Under the pieces are notes generated by a model, which saw only the letters and a list, made by a program, of their open reading frames with translations, did not search any database and had not been told where the DNA came from. Shown one piece after another: positions 8,369 to 17,521 of a DNA stretch of 64,000 nt. The translations under genes were made by a program, and so were the position numbers. The stretch's first letter is position 1, and each line of letters starts with the position of its first letter. The DNA comes from Spirochaetota bacterium (GTDB lineage Bacteria > Spirochaetota > UBA4802 > UBA5550): contig DAONFJ010000005.1 of assembly GCA_035403545.1 (NCBI GenBank), positions 3,629-67,628 of the forward strand. The letters are read 5' to 3'.

Positions 8369-9598
8369 TCAGTTTAAATTTTTTAAATAATCTCTTAAAA
8401 AATTAATTGCGTACAGACTTGAGAATGTTCTGATTCTGTCTCTATTGCCCCTGATTTGTTTCGTAAAAGTATGCCGGTATTCATTTATTGCAAAACCAAA
8501 ACAGACTGTTCCTACGGGCTTTGAGTCACTCCCTCCGCCCGGGCCTGCTATTCCTGTTGTAGAGATCGATACATCTGTCTTAAACTTCTTTTTAACTGAA
8601 GCTGCCATCTCTGCAGCAGTGTTTTCGCTTACTGCACCATGGATGCGAAGAGTATCATCTGAAACTCCAAGAAATTCTGTTTTAATTTCGTTACTGTATG
8701 CAACTACAGATCCTTTATAGACCTCGGATGAACCGGCAATATCTGTTATTCTTTTTGCGATCAGTCCGCCGGTACACGATTCAGCTGTTGAAATAGTTAA
8801 TCCTTTATCTCTCAGCAGAAAAACAAGTTCCTGTTCCGGTGAAACTGCATCGTAATTTAAAATGTATTTTATGAATTTACTTTTTATTAATGAATCTATG
8901 TTATCTTTTTCAGTCAGATTCTCTGACATGCCTGTAATAATTAAATCACATATGCCGGATTTTGATGTAATACCGATCCTCAGGTAATCGGGAAGACTGA
9001 TTTCATTAACCATTGTATTAATATCTGATTCCCTTATACCGGACATTCTGTATGCCAGCTTCATATTTTCATGAAAAGAATATTTATCTTTAAGATACGG
9101 GATAACCCGTTGCACCATCATATCTTCAGTTTCTGCAGGTACACCGGGAAGTGATATAACAATTTTACCATCTGATTCCATTACAAAACCCGGAGCAAGG
9201 CCGTATTTATTTTTAATTACATATGAGTTTTCCGGCACAGTTGACATTTTACTATCAAGTTTATTTAATGAAAAATTCATTGATTTGAAGTAATCCATGG
9301 TTTTTTTATCTGATTCTTCATCGGTTACTATGTTAGTTTTAAATACTCTGCAGACTGCTTCAACAGTATTATCATCATCAGTTGGGCCAAGGCCGCCGGT
9401 TGTAATAATCACATCTGCTTCATCAATCGATTCACTTATTGAAGTAACGATTGAATTAATATCATCCCCCACGGTCACATGTTTAATAACTTTAAAATTA
9501 CTTCCGAAAAAAAGGCTGCTTATAAAAGTACTATTTGTATTGAGAGTTGTTCCGTAAAGCAGTTCATCTCCCGTTGAAATAATAATAACAGCCGGCAT
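8369..9598 (-). CDS. cinA: CinA: MoCF-type domain + nicotinamide-nucleotide amidohydrolase (PncC) domain
   Basis: N-terminus reads IISTGDELLYG...TTGGLGPTDDD. The C-terminus reads STAESCTGGLIA...TGIAGPGGG. I prefer the ATG at 9598 (MPAVIII), which removes the overlap with argS that the longer ORF (to 9628) creates. Confidence 0.85.
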   Translation of the reverse strand: MPAVIIISTGDELLYGTTLNTNSTFISSLFFGSNFKVIKHVTVGDDINSIVTSISESIDEADVIITTGGLGPTDDDNTVEAVCRVFKTNIVTDEESDKKTMDYFKSMNFSLNKLDSKMSTVPENSYVIKNKYGLAPGFVMESDGKIVISLPGVPAETEDMMVQRVIPYLKDKYSFHENMKLAYRMSGIRESDINTMVNEISLPDYLRIGITSKSGICDLIITGMSENLTEKDNIDSLIKSKFIKYILNYDAVSPEQELVFLLRDKGLTISTAESCTGGLIAKRITDIAGSSEVYKGSVVAYSNEIKTEFLGVSDDTLRIHGAVSENTAAEMAASVKKKFKTDVSISTTGIAGPGGGSDSKPVGTVCFGFAINEYRHTFTKQIRGNRDRIRTFSSLYAINFLRDYLKNLN

Positions 9599-9602
9599 AG
9601 TT

Positions 9603-11273
9603 TTACATACTCTCCGGGGCTGATACACCGAGAATGTGCAGCCCGTTTTTGATAGTAATCCTTACAGCGTCACACAATGCAAGATTAGTCTGAGTTTTAA
9701 TATCATCATCGGAGAGAACTCTCTGCTCTGCATAAAATCTGTGATAAGATTGCGCTAAACGAAGCAAAAACGTTGAAATTTTGTGCGGTTCAAAAGTTCC
9801 TGCTGCATCTGATATTTCTTCCGGATATTTCGCCAGTAGTTTAAGTATTACGATAGCTTCGTTGTTATTCAGTGTTTCAAGATCTGCGTTTTCAGGTTTA
9901 AGAGTAATGCCCCTTTTCTTTGCTTCTTTAAATATTGAACAGATTCTCGCGTGGGCATATTGAAGGTAAAAAACCGGATTTTCAGAACTGTTCTTTTTGG
10001 CAAGTGCAAGATCAAAGTCGAGGTGGCTATCCATTGATCGCATGATGAAAAAGAATCTGGAAACATCGACTCCGACTTCATCAATAAGCTCTCTCATTGT
10101 TGAAAAGTTGCCAAGCCGTTTGGACATTTTAACTGTCTCGCCTTCCATGATGAGATTTACCTGCTGTGATATAAGAACGCGCAGCATACCCGCTTTATTG
10201 CAGAGAGCCTGAACGGCGCCGGTCAGCCTTGCTATATACCCATGATGGTCGGGCCCCCATATGTCAATTAATTGATCATATCCTCTTTCAAGTTTGTCAT
10301 AATGATATGCTATGTCAGCCATGAGATAAGTCGGCCGGCCGTCATCGCGGACTACAACGCGGTCTTTGTCATCACCGAACTGTGTTGACCTGAAAACTTT
10401 TTTTCCGTCTTCCATAAAGATATGATTATTTCCTTCCAGTCTTTGCAGAGCTTTTAATACTTCACCTTTGTTGTGAAGCGTACTTTCTCTAAACCATGTT
10501 TTGAAAAATACATTAAAATCCTCCAGATCTTTTTTCTGGCCTGAAACATTATATTCAACAGCCTTATCTGCGGCAAATCCGGCTTTACTTTCATCATCCT
10601 TCAGGTTGTTCAGTTCCTGGGAATGATTATTAATAATCCATTCAGCAATATCTTTAATATATTCTCCGTGATACCCATCTTCCGGAAAAATGAACTCCTC
10701 GCCTTTAAGTTCTTTAATTCTTGCAAGAACAGAATTACCCAGAAGATTGACCTGGTTGCCGAAATCATTCACATAGAATTCCCTATCAACGAGATCTCCG
10801 TTTGTTTCTATCAGGTTGGCGATTGTATCTCCAAGCGCTGCGGCTCTGGCGGAAACAACATTCATCGGGCCAGTGGGATTTGCTGATACAAATTCTATAT
10901 TGTATTTTACCGGATTATCTTTTACCTGTTTCCCGTAGGCATCCCTTAGATGGTTAACTTCTATCATATTGTTTTTAAGATATTCGAGCGATGTGAAGAT
11001 GTTGATAAACCCGGGTCTTGCAAGATCTACTTCACCAATCAGATCTTTATACTCTGAAATATAGGATTTTAAAATTTCACCAATTTCCATCGGTGACCGT
11101 TTGATAAGTTTTGCGGATTCAAGTGCGATTGGTGTTGAGTAATCTCCGAATTTTGATTCCCTGGGATATTCCACTTTTATTTCGGGATATTCAGCATCCG
11201 GAAGTTTTCCGTCTGTGATTGCTTTTTCGATAGAAACCTTAATGATATTATATATTTTATCCTTAATATTCAA
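9603..11273 (-). CDS. argS: Arginyl-tRNA synthetase (HIGH signature atypical)
   Basis: [42 protein letters not shown], and a DALR-type anticodon-binding C-terminus. The expected H-x-G-H reads NVVS. Confidence 0.9.
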   Translation of the reverse strand: [556 protein letters not shown]

Positions 11274-11429
11274 CTTCTGCCTCGTATAGTTAATTGTATT
11301 TCATAAATCTGATCAGCTTTATTTTTTAAAACTTTAATCTTACTAAATTTCTGAAAAAAGCGGTTCTTTTGTCAATCATATTAATCGCAGCAGCAATATC
11401 GAGTGATATATTCATATTATAAAAAAATC

Positions 11430-11458
11430 TTGACTAATTCAGTTTCAACTGTTTAAAT
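11430..11458 (+). promoter_or_regulatory. Candidate sigma-70 promoter for the cyclase gene
   Basis: TTGACT (11430-11435), then a 17-nt spacer, then TTAAAT (11453-11458). It lies about 19 nt upstream of the ATG at 11477. Motif match only. Confidence 0.3.
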
Positions 11459-11476
11459 TTTAAAAAATACCGTATA

Positions 11477-13648
11477 ATGGATAATAACATGAATGAAATA
11501 TTTATTATAATTCTTAAAGTATTATTTTTATTGTTGATATTAATAGGTTCAGGATTCGCAGGAAAATATATTGCACTGAAGAACGACAAAAGTGTAAGCC
11601 TGTTTTTTATAATAGGTTTGCTGACTGGTCCAATCGGACTGTTATTGATTTTTCTCCTTATAAAGTTACCTGAAAAATTTATCGGGCCTTTCATCACAGT
11701 AGCAGTTTTTATACTGATTGTTGCACTATATACTCAGACAACAATGCTTTCAGGACTGGAATGGGGTTCTATAGATTTCAGATTCTATGTCCGTGATCCT
11801 TCTCAAAAGACTGTAAAGCTTGAGGAAGGAGTCAAAATGAACAGGATAAATCCAAGAGCAAGGAAAGATCTTGTTATAATCGGTATAGATGAAAGTACGA
11901 TTCGTGAGTTTTCTGATAAAGGAATTCAGTGGCCATTCTCATGGGATATCCATGCAAAATTTACAAACTTTGTCGCCTCAGGAAAACCTCTCGCAATTCT
12001 CTACGATATTATGTTTCTTGATCATAAACCGGGAGAAGCTGTCCTTGCAAAAGCAATTAAAGATTCTAATGTTTCATTCCTCGATTATCCATTTGAAGCA
12101 GACGAAGTGGATGTTCCATACCAGGATCAGAACGAGAGATTGGAACTTCTCGAAAAAGTCAAATTTCCCGTAGATTCAAAAGATTATAGTGAACCTCTTG
12201 TTTCAGATGTCACTCCGCCTACCCCTGAACTTATAAAATCCGCTAAAGGCATTGGATTTGCAAATGTATTTCCCGGAAGAGATAGAATAAACAGAACTAT
12301 CCCGCTTATAATAAAATACAAAGGAGCTTATTATCCGAACATCGACCTTTCGATTGTAATGCATTACTTTGGCATAGGCCCTGAAAATGTTGAGATTAAA
12401 ATCGGGAAGTACATTAAACTAAAAAATCTGCCAAAAGAAAAAATGGCTAAACCGAATAACGAACGAGAAATTGTAATACCAATAGATGACTATGGATTTA
12501 TGGATGTTAATTTTATTGGAGGTTCCGGAAGCTTTCAGCATTACCCTTATTACCTGTTTGCAAATGATGGTACAATGGAAGGAAACAATTCATTAAAAGA
12601 TAAAATACTTCTCGTTGCAGCTTATGCGGTAACCGGAGTAGCGACAGATGAAAAAAAATCTCCATATGGAGCAACATTCGGGATTGAACACCATGCCAAT
12701 GCTTTAAATACTATTTTAAATCAGGATTTTCTCTACAAGCTTTCTGATTTGCAGAATATAGCAATTATGCTTGTTATTGCTTTACTAATCGGTTTGTTTG
12801 TACCGCGTATGTCAATAGGATCATCACTGGTGACGACAGTTCTTTTTATAATTTTATATTCAGTAGCCTCATATATGTTATTCGATTATTTCAGTGTAAT
12901 TACGGCTTTTGCTACTCCGCTGATTCAGACTGCACTTACATATTCAATGCTGGTGACATACAGAGTTGTTAACGAACAGAAAGAAAAAAAATATATAAGG
13001 CAGACATTCTCAAAATTTGTTTCCAAATCTGTTGTAGATGAACTGCTCAAAGATCCGAGCAAGATTAAGCTTGGTGGAGATAAAAAGATTCTAACTGTTC
13101 TTTTTTCTGATATACGGGGATTTACGTCTATCTCGGAAAGGCTTACACCTGAAGAGCTTGTTGAGCATCTTAATATCTATCTCCAGTCTATGACTGATAT
13201 AATATTAAAATATTACGGTACCCTTGATAAATATATCGGAGACGCGGTAATGGCCTTCTGGGGTGCTCCGATTGAGATGGATGATCATGCGCTAAAAGCA
13301 TGTAAAGCTTCACTCGAAATGATGGAAGCTCTAAAAGTAATGAACAAAAAATGGGAAGTTGAGAATAAACCTATTCTCGAAATCGGTATCGGTATCAATA
13401 CAGGAGACATGATTGTCGGTAATATGGGTTCTGCAGCGAGGATGGACTATACGCTGATGGGTGATAACGTCAACCTTGGTTCAAGGCTTGAGGGAACCAA
13501 CAAGTTTTACAAAACAGGAATTATCATCAGTGAGTTTACTTACCAATATGTAAAAGATGATGTGGTAGTCCGGGAACTTGATTTAATACGCGTAAAAGGA
13601 AAAGCATTACCAGTCAAAATTTTTGAACTAATGGCAATTAAAGATTAA
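11477..13648 (+). CDS. Membrane-bound CHASE2-sensor class III adenylate cyclase
   Basis: N-terminal TM segments. CHASE2-like block (IIGIDESTI..WPFSWDIHAKF..ILYDIMFLD). More TMs follow, then the cyclase core LTVLFSDIRGFTS, KYIGDAVMAFWG and GINTGDMIVGNMGS. The Lys/Asp specificity pair suggests ATP. Confidence 0.85.
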   Translation: MDNNMNEIFIIILKVLFLLLILIGSGFAGKYIALKNDKSVSLFFIIGLLTGPIGLLLIFLLIKLPEKFIGPFITVAVFILIVALYTQTTMLSGLEWGSIDFRFYVRDPSQKTVKLEEGVKMNRINPRARKDLVIIGIDESTIREFSDKGIQWPFSWDIHAKFTNFVASGKPLAILYDIMFLDHKPGEAVLAKAIKDSNVSFLDYPFEADEVDVPYQDQNERLELLEKVKFPVDSKDYSEPLVSDVTPPTPELIKSAKGIGFANVFPGRDRINRTIPLIIKYKGAYYPNIDLSIVMHYFGIGPENVEIKIGKYIKLKNLPKEKMAKPNNEREIVIPIDDYGFMDVNFIGGSGSFQHYPYYLFANDGTMEGNNSLKDKILLVAAYAVTGVATDEKKSPYGATFGIEHHANALNTILNQDFLYKLSDLQNIAIMLVIALLIGLFVPRMSIGSSLVTTVLFIILYSVASYMLFDYFSVITAFATPLIQTALTYSMLVTYRVVNEQKEKKYIRQTFSKFVSKSVVDELLKDPSKIKLGGDKKILTVLFSDIRGFTSISERLTPEELVEHLNIYLQSMTDIILKYYGTLDKYIGDAVMAFWGAPIEMDDHALKACKASLEMMEALKVMNKKWEVENKPILEIGIGINTGDMIVGNMGSAARMDYTLMGDNVNLGSRLEGTNKFYKTGIIISEFTYQYVKDDVVVRELDLIRVKGKALPVKIFELMAIKD

Positions 13649-15888
13649 AAGCATAAAGATTCTGTTTTATCTTTAGACTTAACTTTAACGCAGGGTGTTT
13701 CTAAAATTCCGTTAATTTCCAGAGGCACCCTGTCAGTTAAGTTTTCCTTCCTGATATTCAAATTAAGCGGTACTTTCAATCCTTCTTCATCAGTAAATGT
13801 TCCATATGCATTGAAACTGAGATCGGCTGAATCAAAATTGAAATTTTTAATATAGAAATTATTTGCAGATTGTGTAAAGCTGATAGAAAACTTTGAAAAA
13901 TCAATTCTTCTGTTAAATATATCCTTATAATTATTTAAATCCATAAACCCGGCAAGTTTGTTCTGAACTGGAGTATTGTTTAAATAACCATCTTTTATTT
14001 CAATATTCAGACCGGCTTTACCATTCTCTACAACCTGCCCTATCCTGTATGCACTTGTTTCAAAATTCATATCAAGAGACAGAATCCCGCCGAAAGAATA
14101 GCTCAGTCCTGAATCATGGGAAATACTGTTAAGATCAAGCCCTTTCGCATCTGCATTAAATTTAAAGAAAGGATATTCCTGATGTAGAGATGAATACAGA
14201 TTGAAACTATAAATACCATTATATCCGTCAAGGGTAAAGCTATTTGTTTTTACAACACCCTTTATAAGAGAGAGATCTATATAAAAATTATTAAGATACG
14301 AATTACCTGCTATGATAAGTTTTTCAGCTTTTAGTTTTAGAGCAATATCATTATTATTGATAAAAATTCCTTCCGGTTCTTTCAGAAAGTTTCTCTGTTC
14401 GTCAAAATTCTGAAACATATCCACATAAGCTAAATTATAAACTTTTTTTATAGCACTGTTCATTAATTCTTTTAGAAGATCAAGTTCAAGCTTTTTTGAA
14501 AATATCTCGATACTACTTGATGATTTGATCGGGTTCCAGCTTGATATTAAACTGTTATATGACACATTAAAATCCGAATTACCGGATTTTAAGTCTGTTT
14601 TTATTATGATTTTATTGTTATCTGCAGATAGTAAAACATTTCCATCTTTTATATCTGTCAGGTCATGAGCATTTTTATTATTAGGCAGTATATTGAATTT
14701 ATTCAGTTTAAAATTCAAATTTAAATTTTCAGATTTATTATCTTTCAGATTGTATCTGCATATTCCATTGAATGAAAGATCACCGTTATAACTGCAGTTT
14801 TTAATAAGATAAACAGACTCTGATAAATCTTCCAGGTCAATTTTATTGGAATTCAGCTGGATTGAAACAAAGTCATCTTTCACATAATCTAAAGATGCGG
14901 ATAATTCAATTGTTCCATCATCCACTTCCAGTTTTTCGATTGTTAATTTATCCATTTTTTTTGAAAAATTAAAACGGAACTCGGTATCTATATCCTCATT
15001 TTTTAAAACCGGATAGGGTGTATCTTTCTGGTAATAGAATAAGCTGAGGGATGAAATATCAGTATCCCCTTTACATTTAACAGTATCGTTATCGTTGATA
15101 TAATTCAGGTTTCCGGAAAAAGTTCCAGTGATTAAAGTCCGCAGAGAAAATTCATCATTTAATAAATTGTTAAGGTGAGTCAGGTCAAAATTTTCCAGTT
15201 TAATATCTGCTTCGGAATAATTTCTGTCCAGGAAGATTTTACCAATAGCCCTATAGCTGCTCTTAAACCAGCTTTTCCGTAATTTATCATGAATATTTCC
15301 GTATGATCTGTACGCGATTGAATTATTTTTGTATTTTATTTTTAAATCAAAATCATAAATATCAATTCCTGATTTTGAATTTCTGAATGTTTCTCTGAAA
15401 TATAAACTTGAATCTGTTAGTTCAAATCTGAAGCCGTCAGTAATAAATTTTCTAATCCTTTCTTTATCAATTCCGCCAATCAGATCATCGATAAATGTTT
15501 CGTAGTAAGTTTTACCATAGTTCTTTATTATCGTTACTTCAGGTTCAACCATATAAACACCGGCAATAGTAACTTTTTTTCTAATCAGATCGAACAGATA
15601 AGTGTCGATGGTAATTTCCTGGCACTTTATCAGGTTTATGTTGTCATTGAAGTCGTTGGTGTTTGAAAGATAGAAATTTTGAAGTATTATATCACCGTTA
15701 TACTTGAAATATAGTGAATCAAATTTGATAGCTTTACCGAATATATCTTTAAAACTATCTTTTAAAGAGTTGGAAAGTTCGTTACCTGGATATAATATAT
15801 TAATAGAGATTTTCAGTATGCTGATGCTTAACAGGACAACTGAGAAAATTATACCAAGTGAAATAATAATTTTTTTATTCTGATTCAT
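13645..15888 (-). CDS. Large N-terminally anchored beta-rich envelope protein (possibly AsmA/TamB-like)
   Basis: Single N-terminal TM, then a 700-aa N/S/D/K-rich region with alternating hydrophobic pattern and a C-terminal Phe. No firm motif was recognised. Confidence 0.3.
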   Translation of the reverse strand: MNQNKKIIISLGIIFSVVLLSISILKISINILYPGNELSNSLKDSFKDIFGKAIKFDSLYFKYNGDIILQNFYLSNTNDFNDNINLIKCQEITIDTYLFDLIRKKVTIAGVYMVEPEVTIIKNYGKTYYETFIDDLIGGIDKERIRKFITDGFRFELTDSSLYFRETFRNSKSGIDIYDFDLKIKYKNNSIAYRSYGNIHDKLRKSWFKSSYRAIGKIFLDRNYSEADIKLENFDLTHLNNLLNDEFSLRTLITGTFSGNLNYINDNDTVKCKGDTDISSLSLFYYQKDTPYPVLKNEDIDTEFRFNFSKKMDKLTIEKLEVDDGTIELSASLDYVKDDFVSIQLNSNKIDLEDLSESVYLIKNCSYNGDLSFNGICRYNLKDNKSENLNLNFKLNKFNILPNNKNAHDLTDIKDGNVLLSADNNKIIIKTDLKSGNSDFNVSYNSLISSWNPIKSSSSIEIFSKKLELDLLKELMNSAIKKVYNLAYVDMFQNFDEQRNFLKEPEGIFINNNDIALKLKAEKLIIAGNSYLNNFYIDLSLIKGVVKTNSFTLDGYNGIYSFNLYSSLHQEYPFFKFNADAKGLDLNSISHDSGLSYSFGGILSLDMNFETSAYRIGQVVENGKAGLNIEIKDGYLNNTPVQNKLAGFMDLNNYKDIFNRRIDFSKFSISFTQSANNFYIKNFNFDSADLSFNAYGTFTDEEGLKVPLNLNIRKENLTDRVPLEINGILETPCVKVKSKDKTESLCF

Positions 15889-16032
15889 AGAAAATTTTAT
15901 TTACTCAATCATGAAATTTATTTACTAATGGATTCTCACTTAGTTATATTTTAACATAAATTGCGTCAAGCAATTAAATGTTGTATTTTATTTTGAATAA
16001 TTTTTCACCATAATTTCTACAGGAGATAAGAC

Positions 16033-16356
16033 ATGGATGAGCAAAAATATGTTCAGAAACTTCTGGAAATTTCTAAAAACTCCAATATAGATAAAATAAG
16101 AAATGTAAATTACAGTGAAGAATATATGCCCTTCGAAGGATCTCCTAAAAGGCATCCGACAAATGAAAACATTTTAATACTGATAGTTAACTCTTTTGAG
16201 CAAAATAAAAAATTTTATGAGTTTCATCTTGAGACTATAAGTGCAGTGGAAGAAGTCGGTACATTAACTTCTGATGACAATAAAAGTGTCTATCAGATAA
16301 GAGTATGGGTCAAAAAAGGTACTATGGCTGTAAAATCGGAAACATTTATAGTGTAG
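16033..16356 (+). CDS. Hypothetical protein (107 aa)
   Basis: GGAG Shine-Dalgarno 8 nt upstream (caGGAGataagacATG). No family recognised. Confidence 0.4.
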   Translation: MDEQKYVQKLLEISKNSNIDKIRNVNYSEEYMPFEGSPKRHPTNENILILIVNSFEQNKKFYEFHLETISAVEEVGTLTSDDNKSVYQIRVWVKKGTMAVKSETFIV

Positions 16357-16672
16357 TTAAATCATAAATGTTTCAGCATAATACAGGAACTGTTACTGTT
16401 ATTCCGGATGCCTGATTCGGTATAATGTATTCTGGCGGATGAAGCTGTGTAAAATGCTTTATTTGTTAAACAGTATTTATCAGTACCGGGCCGGTAAAGC
16501 GCAGGCTGATATTTCAGGACAGACACATCGATAATATTTTACTATGCTTTTAGTTATTTCAAGAATGCTATTTTAAAAATGAGCAGTTAATAATTACTTG
16601 ACTTATGTTTTTCGATGAAGGAAAGAATATCATAACTACAAAATATAAAATTAAATCAGAATAAAAATAAGA

Positions 16673-17506
16673 ATGCAAAACATCAAATATCATGCAATTA
16701 CAATATCATCCGTGGTACTTTTTTCATATATTTCAGCTGTTACGATCAATGGAATAATAAAAAATAATCTTGCGGTTTATCCTTCTGAAAAAAACAGAAT
16801 GAAAGTAGCAAAGCTTATTCAGAAGGAAAATCTGAACATTGATATTAATCAGTTAATTGAATCAGGTTTTTTTAGAACTGCATCTTCCAATGCTGATGAT
16901 GAAGCCGGAGATTCTTCTTCGGCAATTAGTGACTTTAAACTTATTGGAACAGTTACCGGACCTCCAGGTATTGCCCGGGCTTTAATAATGAAGAAAGGTG
17001 AAAAGCAGCCTGGTGTTTTCAAACTCTGGAAAGATGTATATGGTTTTACTATTACCGGAATTGAATCTTCAAAAATTTATCTCAAAAAAAATAGTGAAAC
17101 ATTTACCTTAAATCTTTTTGATAAAAAGGATGCAGCTTCCTCGGCAAAAACAGCTGAGACAGAAAGCCCGGGCGGCAGTGTTGTTAAAAAAAATATCAGC
17201 CGTGCCGAGATGCAGCAGAAAGTCATGAATGATATTGATAACGCGATGCAGGGCATTCAAGCCGGTCCGCATAGGGTAAATGGGCAGATTGAGGGATTCA
17301 AGCTCATCCGGATAAGACCTTATAATATTTTATACGGATACGGAATTAGAAGCGGAGATATTATTAAACGTATTAATGGTAAAAAAGTTGATAGCACCGA
17401 GAAGCTGTTTAACATGTGGCAGGGTATGAAAAATGAATCAAAAATGGTTATAGATGTCGAAAGAAACGGAAAAATTATAACTTTTGAAGTGAATATTACT
17501 GACTGA
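16673..17506 (+). CDS. gspC: Type II secretion protein GspC (TM + PDZ)
   Basis: N-terminal TM and C-terminal PDZ-like GFKLIRIRPYNILYGYGIRSGDIIKRINGKKV. It is the first gene of the gsp cluster. Confidence 0.6.
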   Translation: MQNIKYHAITISSVVLFSYISAVTINGIIKNNLAVYPSEKNRMKVAKLIQKENLNIDINQLIESGFFRTASSNADDEAGDSSSAISDFKLIGTVTGPPGIARALIMKKGEKQPGVFKLWKDVYGFTITGIESSKIYLKKNSETFTLNLFDKKDAASSAKTAETESPGGSVVKKNISRAEMQQKVMNDIDNAMQGIQAGPHRVNGQIEGFKLIRIRPYNILYGYGIRSGDIIKRINGKKVDSTEKLFNMWQGMKNESKMVIDVERNGKIITFEVNITD

Positions 17507-17521
17507 CAGGATAAATTTTGT

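Noticed and set aside
9599-9628. 10-codon N-terminal extension of cinA overlapping the argS 3' end.
   Set aside because: The ATG at 9598 (MPAVIIISTGDELL) matches the conserved CinA N-terminus and avoids the overlap.
11889-12173. 94-aa same-strand out-of-frame ORF nested in the CHASE2 cyclase gene. Similar nested ORFs occur in secA, purL, glmM and gspD.
   Set aside because: Each is nested in a gene with strong family motifs, and there is no independent signal.
16362-16526. 54-codon GTG-initiated minus-strand ORF in the pre-gspC spacer, considered as a real gene.
   Set aside because: It has no Shine-Dalgarno, no recognisable family and an atypical composition. I kept it only as part of the spacer finding, not as a CDS feature.
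16598-16626. TTGACT hexamer upstream of gspC, considered as a promoter -35 element.
   Set aside because: No acceptable -10 hexamer sits at 16-19 nt spacing (GAAAGA/AAGAAT).
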